This document shows positions 1-12,742 of a stretch of DNA of 64,000 nucleotides, one piece after another. The notes beneath the pieces were generated by a model. The model had not been told where the DNA came from, did no database searches, and was given only the letters and a program-made list of their open reading frames with translations. The stretch is from the NCBI GenBank assembly GCA_002104945.1, contig MCFH01000003.1:1054001-1118000 (forward strand). The letters run 5' to 3'. Numbering within the stretch: position 1 is the stretch's first letter; each line of letters starts with the position of its first letter. Made by a program: the position numbers and the translations under genes. The stretch is from Piromyces finnis finn. Lineage: Eukaryota > Fungi > Neocallimastigomycota.

Positions 1-1
1 A

Positions 2-946
2 GCAAATATGACAGTATGTACGGTGGCTTCTGTTTATATTTCTTCTACTACCGTAGTTTTTGTTCTTTGTTTATTTGTTTTCTTTACTAACAAAATCAAC
101 ATCCATTGGATCATCAACTTCGTCATCTTCATCTTGGTCGTTGTTGGTCCAATCTTCAAAGTTGGATTTGGCATTGATGTAACTTTTGACCTTCTCATAG
201 AGCTGATCAGAAATTTCATCTAAAGTTACGTTCAATTGGTTCTTGACACTTCGTGGAAGAGAATTGTACATATATTTCAATTTTTCCCTTTCACTTAAAG
301 ACATTCTTTATTCAGACATCACAAGGAAGATTTCCTTGATTTTATCAATGGTTTTACTGACCTTGCTTACATCTTCAGTATGTAATTTTCTTAACTTCTT
401 TAGCCAGTATTCGATGTCTTCATTTGCGTTACCATATTTTGTATTCAACTTCTTGAATACTTGGTAACAGCTAGTACTATGACCAATCTCTCTGAGGATC
501 TTCTCATCCACATTTTGAATGATCATAAGGTGTACATCAGCATTTAGACTTTCAGCTGCTGATATTATCTCGGCCTTATAAATAAGCAAGTTTGCCAATT
601 TATCGGCGGCTACAACATTAATATTATTAAAGTTACTGCTTGGACTGACATCCTCCCCCATAGCTTTAGTAAGGGTTTTGTAAACGGACGCGAGGATGTT
701 ATTAGTACGGTAGTTAGCAATAATTTTTACAATAGCCATAGTGTAAACATCTTTAAGATTAAAGTCTATCTCAAAGCTGTCGTCTTTGATGGTTCCAACA
801 ATGTCATAATCAAGATAGCTAATTAGACCCTGTCTAGAAGCAGCTGACTTGATTAAAAGACTCCAAGTGTCAAAGTTGGATTTTCCATGAAGACGTTGGT
901 CATTGGCTAAAATTAATTGCTGGGATATACTAAAAATTTTAATCAC
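2..946 (-). mobile_element. Ty1/copia-like gag, decayed; element continues beyond the window start
   Basis: One minus-strand frame with two in-frame TAA stops (308-310, 71-73). It has RLHGKSNFDTWSLLIK (copia gag N-terminal pattern), KKLNTKYG..IEYWLKKL, DPMDVD, and ends in YCHIC, the start of a CCHC zinc knuckle, at the window edge. Confidence 0.75.
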
Positions 947-1015
947 ACAAAAATTTTTGTTTTGAAATTTTCTTAAGAAATTTTTATTATTGATTAGAGT
1001 TTGAGACTCTTAATC

Positions 1016-1169
1016 TGTGAAATAAATTTAATTAATAAATAATTTTATTAATAAGGTTAACAAAGAGAAAAAGTTACATTGTAAACATTACAGTTATATA
1101 ATAAGATGTAAGGTCGTATGACCATAGAAAATAAAATAAAATAAATAAAAAATAACTATCTCTACAACA
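1016..1169 (-). repeat. Putative 5' LTR (~154 bp) of the copia-like element
   Basis: Bounded by TGT...ACA and lies directly upstream of gag. It is followed on the minus strand by GATTAAGAGTCT, an 8/12 match to the copia PBS GGTTATGAGCCC. The second LTR is outside the window, so this cannot be confirmed. Confidence 0.4.
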
Positions 1170-2071
1170 CGTAGACATTACGTTTACAACACTTTTAATA
1201 CATTTATGTTTTTATAAATTAGTCACGTGTCATGAATATATGATATAGATAAATGATATAAGTTTCTTTTATGTTGTAGTAATTTAATATTAGTTTATTT
1301 ATAATTTATTATATTAGGTGAAAAATATTTTATTACTATTAACTTCTCTCTTATTAATAATTTCACTTATAATATTTTCTTATTAATTATTAAAGCTCTT
1401 CTCTTTCTAATTATTAATTATTTTTACATGAATATTTTTATATTATAAAATTCCTATAATATAATTGAATATCAACTATATAATGTAATGTATTCATAAT
1501 ATATGAATAATAATTAAATAGGATATAGTATAATATCTTTTACATTTTATATGAAATATTACTATATAAGGAAAGGTAATGTAATACAAATAAGTATTAC
1601 AATAAAATTAATACTAATATATAATATTAATATTTAAGAATATAATGAAATATGTACATGAATTCTATAACTAATATATAAATAATGTATTATAATATAT
1701 ATCAATTATTATATTATTATTATGAAATATTATATATAAATTTTTATAGATGAAATTGAATATTTTAAATAATAAAAATTATTTTAAATATTGGCTAATA
1801 TGTAGCTAGACATATTAATTTCATATCAGAAACTTCCCTGCTAGAATTGAGCTATAATTATTAATTATTTGATATAATTAAAATAATTATATGCGAAATA
1901 ATTTAATAAAATTTATATTGAAATATTTTTATAATTATATAAAAAAAAATTAAAAATTTTTATAAAAATTTTTATATTTAAAATTTTTTTTTTTTTTGTT
2001 TTGTTTTGTTTATATATATATGTATATATCTTTCTATTATTATTAATAATTAATATAATTATTAATCTACT

Positions 2072-2094
2072 AAGTTATCAATCTTCCTCTTACT
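2072..2094 (-). other. Possible polypurine tract and start of the 3' LTR of the gypsy element
   Basis: Minus strand reads AAGTAAGAGGAAGAT then TGATAAC, about 80 nt after the integrase stop. The LTR end could not be located. Confidence 0.3.
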
Positions 2095-2170
2095 TATTAT
2101 TATAATTATATACTTATATAGTTAGTATATATATATTTTAATACATTTATAATTTTATTTCATTTTATTT

Positions 2171-3409
2171 CTACTCCCTGAATGGTAATATATTTTTAAA
2201 ATGGACATTTCTTTCTAAATATTGTCCCGTCAGTTCATCTTGTAATTTAGCTGTGTTCCAAGATATTTCTCTAATAATAAAAGGACCAATAAAATAGGGT
2301 TCTAACTTGTTTCTTTGTTGGTTCCTAATCTTTACCTTATCCCCTATTTTGTAGTTAATTTTATTGTTCATACTTTGTTGAGCTAATCTTCTACTTTTCC
2401 AATAATTTATCGTCCCTAGCATTTTACTGGCAGCTTGTTTTACCCATTTGGCGTGGTCTATGAATCTTTCCATTAATAATTCTTCTATTGATCTTTCTTC
2501 TATACTTAATATTGAATTTCTTATATTTATATCAATTGGAATATTTTCTGATCTTCCATACAAGAGTTCAAAACTTGAATAACCAGTAGAAACAGATTTA
2601 CAAGTTCGAATAGCCCATAATGCAATTGGTAACAATACATCCCAGTTTTCATTGTTATCAGAGAAATTTCTTAATTGCTTACCAATTTCTCTGTTTCTGT
2701 TTTCCACCAGTCCATTAGATTCCGGATGGTATGTATTAATGAAATGAATGTATACATCATAAAGATCTACAAATATTTTTGTGTACTCTGAAACAAATTG
2801 TACACCATTATCTGTTATTATTAATTGTGGAGTTCCATGCCTACTAAATACTTCAACTAAGAAATTAGTTACGTCTTGAGAAGTAGTAGTTCTAACTGGT
2901 TTTGCTTCCACCCATTTTGTAAAGTAATCCACACATACCATTATATATTTATTCCCAAGTGTGGTTTCTCTTAATGGACCTATAATATCAAGACCAAGTC
3001 TAACAAAGGGTGCTTCTACAGGAGTTCTAAACTTTTCTGTCGGCTTTGGTAATGGCTCAGATTTATTTAACTGATATATTTTACATAAGGAGACATATTT
3101 TTTTACATCAATGATTAAATTTTTCCAATAAAATTTGTTTTTGATTCTTTCATAAGTTTTCTGTACTCCTTCATGTCCAATTCTATGCTCTTTTGCAATT
3201 ATTTTAATTTTAGTGTAAGGGTCATCAATAATCTCCCTAAAATTATTATTATCCTTGAAATATAATTTATTGTCAATAGTGACAATTTTATCATTTAAAA
3301 TTTTTTCATAAAATCGGAAACAAATTTTTCGTTCTCCTCCTCGGTAAAATTGGAACTATTGGTTTTGTTGGAAATATCGATATTATTGATATTATTATTA
3401 TTGTTTTTA

Positions 3410-3456
<47 letters not shown>

Positions 3457-5225
3457 TTCCAAATTATCCAAATTATTAGCAATAAACTTATTAATGTTAC
3501 TATTATTCTCATCTTTATTATTATTGTCATTACCATCAGAAATAGTAGTGTTAACAATTAAATTCTCTTTCAAAGTTATTCTGGATAAGGCATCAGCAAT
3601 TTTATTAGCTTTTCCTGGTTGATAAATAATATTAACTTTTAATTGACTAAATTTATCACACCAGCGTTGATGTTTCTTTGTATTCGGTTCTCCTTTCTTA
3701 ATGATGGGAACTAAAGGTTCATGATCAGTATAAAGAATGGTTTGAAATGGATTCCCTAGAATATATGGTTCAAATTGTAAAAGACAATAATAAGCAGCAG
3801 TACCTTCTAATTCAGTAGTGGTATAATTTTCTTCCGTTTTCTTAATACTTCTACTAACAAAATAAACTGGGTGTTCAATATTGTCATCATATAACTGTAG
3901 TAAAACACCACTAATTCCATATCCACAAGCATCAGATCTAATTATAAAAGGAACATCAAATTTAGGAAAACAAAGAATTGGTGCATTAACTAGGCAATAT
4001 ATCAGATTTCTGAAACTTTGTTCTTGAATTTCTGTCCATTCATATTTAATTTTTTTCTTTAATAGTTTGCAAAGAGGAGCTGCAATAGCAGAATAATTTT
4101 CAATAAAATTTCTGTAATAACTAGTCATACCTAAAAATGAACGTAGTTCAGAAATATCTCGTGGTGTGAGTCAAAAATTTCTTTGATTTTAGGTAGGGCG
4201 TATGCATCTTTAACAGTTACATTATTTAATTTTCTAAAATCAATGCAAAGGCGCCATTTTCCATTTTTCTTCTTAACCATAACCACTGGAGAAGCCCACG
4301 GAGAATGAGACGGTTCAATTAGACCTTTATTAATTAGTTTTTCTAATTCTTCTTTTAAACCTGATAATTGAACTTGTGAAATATTATAAGCTTTTTGTTT
4401 AATAGGGCGCACATTATCCTCCAAAATAATGTGGTGTGGTAACAAATTTGATGGTTCCAAATCATCAGAAGATACAGCAATAACATCATTAAAATTTTTA
4501 AGAAGAGAACTAAATAAATTTTTATCAACATCGTTATCAACTTTGATATTAGAAATTATATTATTAATAATATCCATTTTATTATTATTATTATTTTCTA
4601 TTTTGTTAGGTCTATTTTCTTCAACTACAGCTAAAATAGTACTAGCGGTTATATCTTCATAATCAAAATAAATATCTTCTACATCATTGGAATAGCAAGA
4701 AAGAGCTTGGGATTGAAATATAGAAATATCTTCAACATCAACAATAGGAATAAATTTTTTATCAGAAGATTTCAAAATTAATGTTTTATCAACTGTATCA
4801 ATCATAATGCGATTTTCATTTTGTGTTTTAAATCCAATAATAGCATCATAAAATGAATCGTTTTTATCTGATATTCTAAATATAGAATCAAATTCAATTT
4901 TGCCTATTTTTACATGAAGTTTCACTAGATCATATACTCTAGCAACATCATCAACCATTGCTTGTCTTATTCTTCCTCTAATTTGTCCTACAATTTCAAA
5001 ATCTTTAATTTTATTATCTAAAAAGGAGCGCGTAATTAAATTTGTATTACTACATGCATCAATAAATATAGCTGCTGAATGGGAATTGATTGTACCATGA
5101 ACAACTGCAACATCATGATCGTTTACTTTGGTTCTTCCATCGATATTAATGAAATTATTATTTAATTTATACAAATTATTATTATTTTCATCAACTTCAG
5201 TGGTACTAATAGTAATATTATCCAA
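2171..5225 (-). mobile_element. Ty3/gypsy pol remnant (PR-RT-RNase H-IN), non-autonomous
   Basis: Gypsy domain order. Protease [13 protein letters not shown]; RT N-terminus [27 protein letters not shown]; thumb [15 protein letters not shown]; RNase H IRSDACGYGISGVL, TELEG, LYTDHEPL; integrase HRIGHEG, CVDYFTKW, ITDNGVQF, YHPESNGLVE, GPF. Frameshifts near 4165 and 3295, RT core missing, no gag upstream. Confidence 0.95.
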
Positions 5226-5308
5226 CTTTAAATTATATAATTAATATATTTAAATTACAACTAAATATTATATTAATAAAAATTTTTACTGCAGTATAAA
5301 AAAACTTT

Positions 5309-5904
5309 ATTAAAATTTTTAACATAAATTTAAATGTTTCAATAAATAAGGCTAACTTGATAATATCACAATTTGTATTTAGTAGATAAATCATTAGGTA
5401 CAATATGTAAAAGGTCAATTTAATATATAATTAGTATTGATATATTATTAATAGAGATAAAATAACAAAACCTCTCAAACATAAAATAAAATATCATATA
5501 TATCAATCAAAAGTTATCGCGCAAGATAATAATAAAAGTAACAAATTTAAATATATATATAAAATGAAAAACTTAAATAAATATATAATGTAAATATATA
5601 ATATATATATTAATGTTAAAAAAATATATATAAAAATATATATTTTATTAAATCTGTGAAATAAAAAGAAATAAATTTTATTGATTTGAAAAAAAAATAA
5701 ATACTTTTTATGATAATAAATATGCTGGAAGAGAAAAAAAAATAAAACTTACTAATATTTAAAAAACAATTTTAATATTAAATAAAATATGTTAATAAAA
5801 CTTTTTGTTATAAATAAAAATATTAAAAAATTTGTTAATTTTTTTTTACTTTAAATAACTGTATGATCTATGCTTTAATTATTAACTTTAAATAACTGAA
5901 ATTA
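5309..5904. repeat. Copy A of a ~555-bp duplicated non-coding segment (3' flank of CMS1)
   Basis: 5309-5609 is the reverse complement of 9081-9383 and 5610-5861 of ~9386-9634. ATTA is present at both ends (5309-5312, 5901-5904). High identity by eye, with a few substitutions and indels. Confidence 0.9.
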
Positions 5905-7576
5905 GTAAAGAGCAATCTTTTGAGATTGATCTTTTATTCTATCAATACAATATTGTTTTATAAAGATAAGAAGATCCTTTCGAATTTCCGGTATTTCAAA
6001 TATATTTCTATTTTTGGAATCTTTATAATTGTAATCAATAACTAATAAATCTAATTTATTCATATTCAAAGAATCTATAAAACATTTATATTGTAAAATA
6101 TATTTTTTGATTAATATTTTCATTGACTCTTAATAAATTATTTAAATAATTGCTTATTTATCAATAAATACCATTTTCTGCTAATTTGATCAATCTATTT
6201 GGAGTACCAACAGCAATTTTTACAACAGATTTGCTTAAAAATTCAACTTGTTCCTTAACTTTCATATGCTTAGAAAAAAGTTTACCAACTTTACAATATT
6301 TTGAAAATTCGCTTAAGGCACTATTATGAATATTTATAAATAAATAATATATAAATTATTATTATTATTATTTAAAATCTATGAAAATATGAAAATTTTT
6401 TTCATTTATTTTAATAATAATTTTTTAACTACAATATAAAGCTAAAAATATAAATATTTCTTACCGAATAACTTCAACGGCTCTTATAGCAGATTGAGTA
6501 ACGACTAAAACACTAGGTTGACCATGGTAATCTGATTCTTTTGGAGGTTTTCCAAGATGTTTTTTCCAATTTGGATAAACTTGTTTAATGTATGATGAGA
6601 GATTAGTTAATGTACGTTGTTCGGAAGAAAAACTTGAATTAACAAATGAACCATCTATTAATAAAAGAAAGAGTTGATTTAATAATTTTATTAATTAAAA
6701 TGAATAATAATTGTTGTCACTAGTAATGATATTTTAAATAATTTTATTTTCATAATTTCTTCAGTTTAAAGATAAATTTTTATTATATAATTACCATTAA
6801 TTTCATCCTTTTCAATTTGAGTAACTGAATTGTTTCCATCAATAGAACTCCAGAAGATTTCAGAATCTGATTTACTTTTCTTTTCATTTTCTTGCTCTAA
6901 TTTTTCTTTTTCTAATCTTATTCTCTTTTATTCGAAATTTTCAATGAAATCAATAATTTTTTATTTAAAATTTTGAAATTTAATGTTTTTTTTTTTTTTT
7001 TTTTTTTTTTTTTGAAATTTATTATTTGTAATAAATATATATATATTATTTTTTTTAAACAATTAAGATATAAAAAAATATAATATTAGGAAATTTAAAA
7101 TACATTTATAAAATTATTAAAAAAAAAAATAATTTTAAAAGATTATTAATACTAGTTTGAATATATATATTGTCATTAAAACTTTTAAAATAAATTGTTA
7201 CCTTTTTCTTTTTCATCTCTTCACGCTTCTTTTTTGCTTTGGCTTTCTTTAAAGCTTCCTTTTCTTTAGCTTCTTGTTCTTGTTTAGCTTTCTTTTCTTC
7301 GCTAATTTCATTATCTTCTTCATTATCATTTCCATCTTCTTCTTCCTTTTCTTCTTCATTATCTTCTTCTTCTACAATATTGTCATTATCATTATTTTCA
7401 TCATCACTATCCTCAAGTTTACGTTTTTTATTATCTGTTTTTTCATCTTCATTTTCACTACTATCTATATCACTACCATAAACAAGATTATCATTTAATT
7501 CATCAGCACCTGCTTCATCCCCGCTAGCTATCTTTTCGTCATAAATAAGATTATCGTCCAAATCGTCAGCACCCAT
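5902..7576 (-). CDS. CMS1: CMS1/CMSS1-like 90S pre-ribosome-associated protein, 5 exons (7576-7202, 6924-6796, 6654-6465, 6320-6172, 6074-5902)
   Basis: GT-AG junctions keep the frame. MGADDLDD start, acidic/basic N-terminus, then PSVLVVTQSAIRAVEV, KVGKLFSKHMKVKEQ, KIAVGTPNRL, LLVID...DSKNRNIFEIPE, a degenerate DEAD-box-like fold typical of CMS1. Confidence 0.9.
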
Positions 7577-8367
7577 GATTTATTTGATATTTATTTTATA
7601 TAATAATAATTTTTATTTTATAAAAATTTAAATTATTTTGAAATTAAAGAAATATATATAAATAAATTTATACTTCCTATTAATTTGATTGGGTTAAATT
7701 ATTGAATATTTTTCATGTTTTTGATTTTAAAAATATGAAAATAATAATTAAGGAAAGGAGGTTAATAAAATAAAAAAAGACTTTAAAGAAAACTTCAATA
7801 TATTAATACGAAAATAAAATACTCATTCTAACTATAATATCCTTTTTCATATAAAGAAAGTGATATAAAAGGATATATAAAAAATACTTTTTTTAAATAT
7901 TTTAAAATTTTAAAAACAATTAATTCATTATTCCCTTATAATAAACTTATAATAAACAGTCAGTATTTTATTTGAAATGCTTTTCAAATAAAATACTTTT
8001 AATTTGATTTTGTATTCCAGGGTACACCTTTTATATTTATTAGCATCTTTCAATGTATAAAAGATGCCAGGAAAAATTATGTAGAAAACGTCATTCCCAA
8101 TTATCATATTTTCAACATGAGTAAACTACTAATTTTAGTTTTCACAACAGAAAATTAAAAAAAAAAAAAAAGTACTCAATCATTTAAAGGATAATAAAGT
8201 AGTGAAATAAAATAAAATGATAAATAAAAAATATTATTGCTATAAAAGATTTGATTATTAAAGGAAAGATTTTTGAAATAGAAATCAGAAAATGCAAGAA
8301 ATCAACCAAAAGTGAAAAAAAACATTCTAAGAAATAATGTCAGAAAGGAATAAAACATAGCGAACAA

Positions 8368-8425
<58 letters not shown>

Positions 8426-8515
8426 CAATTAAATACAATAGAATGTATTAATAATATCAATTGAAATGTGAATCATTTTTAAACAAGACTATAATAATTA
8501 AGGTAAAAAATAAGT

Positions 8516-8740
8516 ATGATTCAACTAGTTGCTCAAAATCAAAAGTTAATAATATCAAAAAGTATTGTGAGTTTAGAAAAATTTCAAGTTGAGTATTGGA
8601 TTCAAAAACTTTCATTAAAATTATTAAATTAATTAAGTTCCTGTTAAATATTAATGAAATGTTTTACATATAATAAATGGAAATCAAGAAATGAATTATA
8701 TATACATCAATATTCAAAGGATATTAAACAGGATTAATAA
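8516..8740 (+). pseudogene. Possible highly decayed copia-type gag fragment
   Basis: QVEYWIQKL resembles DIEYWLKKL of the gag at 308-946, and later frames give INEMF and EMNYIY against IKEIF and EKLKYMY. Many stops. Confidence 0.3.
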
Positions 8741-9080
8741 AATATATTTAATTCTTATTTGCAAAAATGTTACTTTTTGTTTTTGAGGAATATTATACAG
8801 TGAATTAAAAATATATATATATATATTTCAAAAATCTATAAAATTCATTCACATAATGACAGCAGAGTTTACCAATTTTTGATTAATAACTATTTTCAAA
8901 TGACTAATATAACTTTTTTACATTATGGTTTATAAAATAAATACTAATATTCAAATATATTTAATTAAAAAAATGTATTGGTTTTAATTAATAAAATGTA
9001 AAAATTACAATTTAAATATTATAGTTTTATATAATGAAATAGAATATAATGATGTTATTAGTTAATTATTTCTAGTATTC

Positions 9081-9634
9081 TATATATATTATATATTTAC
9101 ATTATATATTTATTTAAATTTTTCATTTTATATATATATATTTAAATTTGTTACCTTTATTATTATCTTGCGCGATAACTTTTGATTGATATATATGATA
9201 TTTTATTTTATGTTTGGGAAGTTTTGTTATTTTATCTCTATTAATAATATATCAATACTAATTATATATTAAATTGACCTTTTACATATTGTACCTAATG
9301 ATTTATCTACTAAATACAAATTGTGATATTATCAAGTTAGCCTTATTTATTGAAACATTTAAATTTATGTTAAAAATTTTAATTTCAGTTATTTAAAGTA
9401 AAAAAAATTAACAAAATTTAATATTTTTATTTATTACAAAAAGATTTATTAAAATATTTTACTTAATATTAAAATTGTTTTTTAAATATTAGTAAGTTTT
9501 ATTTTTTTTTCTCTTCCAGCATATTTATTATCATAAAAAGTATTTATTTTTTTTTCAAATCAATAAAATTTATTTCTTTTTATTTCACAGATTTAATAAA
9601 ATATATATTTTTATATATATTTTTTTAACATTAA
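9081..9634. repeat. Copy B: inverted and circularly permuted duplicate of 5309-5904
   Basis: The two halves are in swapped order relative to a simple inversion. The junction at 9380-9383 is a single TAAT. Confidence 0.9.
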
Positions 9635-9916
9635 GTTCAATTCTAATTAAAATAATAGTAATAATAAATAGTAAATAAATAAATAGTAAATAATAAAATA
9701 CTGTAATTTAGTAATAACTTATAGTTGAAAAGCAACTCTAAATGAAATCATATTTAAATTATAAAGAATAATTTTGAAAATACCGGAAAAAAAAATTACT
9801 TAATATTTTTTTTATTAACATTTCATTTTTATTTACATTAATACAACTATTATATATAAAATATATTTAAACTTTAAAAATCATTATATGTTGATATTAA
9901 GAAAAAAGTATATTAA

Positions 9917-11102
9917 TTAATATATATGATGCTTTTTAGTGATTTCAATGTTTTTACATATACCGTATTCTGGTTGACATTCCTTAGCAATTGCACAATA
10001 ACTTTTAGTTAATCCACAGTAACCTTTTTTACTACAACATTCTCCAGTTGGACATTTTCCGTATTTTGGACCGCATCTTTTAACTGTTGGGGTTGCAGTT
10101 ATTGTAGTAGTGGAAGTGGTAGTGGTTTTTGTAGTAGTTTTTTTGGTAGTGGTTATTTTCTTTGTAACAGTTGTTGTTGTTGTTTTTGTAATAGTAGACG
10201 TTTTTTTGGTTGTTGTTGTTTTTTTAGTAGTTGTTGTTTTTTTAGTGGTGGTAGTAGTTTTTGGAATGGTTGTTGTTTTTTTAGTAGTAGTAGTGGTTGT
10301 TTTTTTAGTGGTTGTTGTCTTTTTAGTGGTGGTAGTAGTTTTTGGAATGGTTGTTGTTTTTTTAGTAGTAGTAGTGGTTGTCTTTTTAGTGGTGGTAGTA
10401 GTTTTTGGGGTAATGGTTGTTTTTTTAGTGGTAGTGGTAACCTTCACAGGCTCTGAATAAACTTGACGTCCTAAAATATTACCAGTGGCATATCTACAAA
10501 CTAATAAATTTTTATAGGATAAATTTGAACAATATGTTAATCCACAACCAAGTTTAGTATTTGAAGCCCAAACAATTTGTGAATAGTGACCAACAACTTT
10601 ATCATTAAATGAAACAGATTTGAATTTTTCTCTATAGCCAGATTCGTCAAATGCTTCTTTTTCTTTCATCCATTGATTAAACATTTTCGAAACATCATGA
10701 ACACTATTACCAGCTAAATTCTCTCCACCAGAGGCGTCAGAATGGACCATTCCTTTGCATAAATTGGAATATTCCTTATTATCAGTATTAATAATAATAA
10801 TGTTACATTAATAAATTAAGATTTATTATTAACAAATGTATAAAAAAAAATAAAAATAAAAAAAAAATAAAATAAAATCATAATATATGAAAAAAAAAAG
10901 AATTTTCTAAAATAATTACTTGAGCACTAGCAGCCATAGTATCATCCCAATATAATTCTTTCATATCAGGGGCATTGAGAATTTTTCTTGCATTTCTATG
11001 AAGTTCTAATAATGTATTTTTTTCTTCTTTAGTTAAATCTGCTTTTGTTTTTCCACATGTTAATAATGAAAATATAAAAATTAACGAGGTATTGATTTTC
11101 AT
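9917..11102 (-). CDS. Secreted CAP (SCP/PR-1) domain protein with Thr/Lys-rich linker and C-terminal CBM18 chitin-binding module; exons 11102-10920 and 10774-9917 (~346 aa)
   Basis: Hydrophobic N-terminus MKINTSLIFIFSLLTCG. CAP motifs LLELH, WDDTMAASAQ, HS..GGENLA, GHYSQIVWA..TKLGCG, VCRY. TTKKTT repeats. Hevein-like CGPKYGKCPTGECCSKKGYCG...C...CQPEYGIC. Confidence 0.92.
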
Positions 11103-11945
11103 TTTTTTTTAAAAAAATTATCTAATCTAGATAAAGTAACAAGAATAAAAATTAAAATTCGTTAAAAAAAAAAGTAATACTTTTTTTTTATTTTTATAAT
11201 AATATATAATATTATATATTAATTAAACTTTAAAATTCTTTTGTTTATAGTATTTTAAAAAGTACATTATTATTATAAATAAAATTATTAATAATTTAAA
11301 TGTAAAATTGAAAGGTGATATATATAATGATTTATAATATTTACAAATACCAAATATTTATATAAAATAAAAAAATAAAAATTTGGTAATATTAATAATA
11401 CTTAAATCAAAAAATCAAGATATTCTGTCTCGGTTATGCAGTTTCGAATATAATTACTGAAAAGTTTATTTTATAATTTTTTAATTAAATACACGTTTTA
11501 AACTTTTTGTTTGTTTGTTTATTTTAAATAATTTAACTGCATATAATTAATCCATGAAAGTAATATTTTATATATAAATCGTAAATTTGAGTATAATGTA
11601 TAATATTATAAAATTTGAATATCGTTTACCAAGGTTTGTCATAACAATTTAATTAAAACTTTATACATTTTTTAATAAAAATTCTTTAAATTAATGTAGA
11701 TTTATCATATATATAGTTTTTTTTTTCATTTTATTCATTGAATTATATTTACGAGGTGGTAATTAGATAGTTAATATTATAATATTATAATACTAACAAT
11801 TATAGCTATTATATTAAAAGAAAATAAAAAAAAAGGTTAATAATTAATAATTTTTTTGTATTTTTATTTTTAAATATCTAATACTCCTAATTTAAATTTA
11901 AATTTTATCAAACTTTAAACTTTAATAGTGATTATATAGTTAATA

Positions 11946-12152
11946 GTGTATATCAATAATGGAATGAATACGGTTGATGGTACCTCTTCTGATCATTGTG
12001 ATACAAGTTGTCAATGTGAATATGGAAATACTGCTACAACCACTAAAAAGATGACTTCCATTATTAAAACTAAGAAAACCACTACTAAAGCATTCCTTCC
12101 AACTTTAATAGATAAATGTGTTTTGGAAAGGATGTATTCCTTGCTATTTTAA
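11946..12152 (+). pseudogene. Relic of a CBM18/Thr-linker gene
   Basis: GTSSDHCDTSCQCEYG resembles the CBM18 C-terminal half, followed by a TTTKK linker and DKC. No start or signal peptide, and most cysteines are lost. Confidence 0.6.
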
Positions 12153-12742
12153 TTTTGTGAGAAAAAAAGTGAACTAATAATATCAATTATTTAAATAATT
12201 TAGAAATAAGAAACAATAATAAAAAAAATAATAAAAACAAATAATATTATTTATAAAATTAATTCTAATGAAGAGTATAATATCAAGTAATTTTGGTAGA
12301 TATGTTATAAGAGTTGGTAACTCACAAAATATAATTTTTTAAGTTTTTATTTTTGTTTTATTTCATATATGTGTTTTTTCATACTTTGCATTTATAATCA
12401 TTAATAATTTTTAAAGCAGAAAAATAAAGCTTCTTTTTACTTTTTTTTTATTTTTTTATTATTTTAACTTATCCTAGAATGGTCGCGAACAGTTTTAATA
12501 AAATATTTAAAGAATATTTCAAGTAAATATATATATATATTTGTGTGTTAAAAATAGAATATAAAATTTTTTTATTTTATATTTTAAACTCAAAAGAAAA
12601 GTTTAAATTTAAAATATGCAGAAATAATGTAATAGTTTTGAAAGTTCAAAACCAATTTCAAATATTTTATATATTGATAATAAAAATGTTTATGATTATA
12701 GTTAAAAATAAAAAGTAATATATATATAAGATATATATATAT

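Noticed and set aside
8043-8067. Hairpin GCATCTTT-N9-AAAGATGC as a Helitron end
   Set aside because: No CTRR terminus at the expected distance and no second copy.
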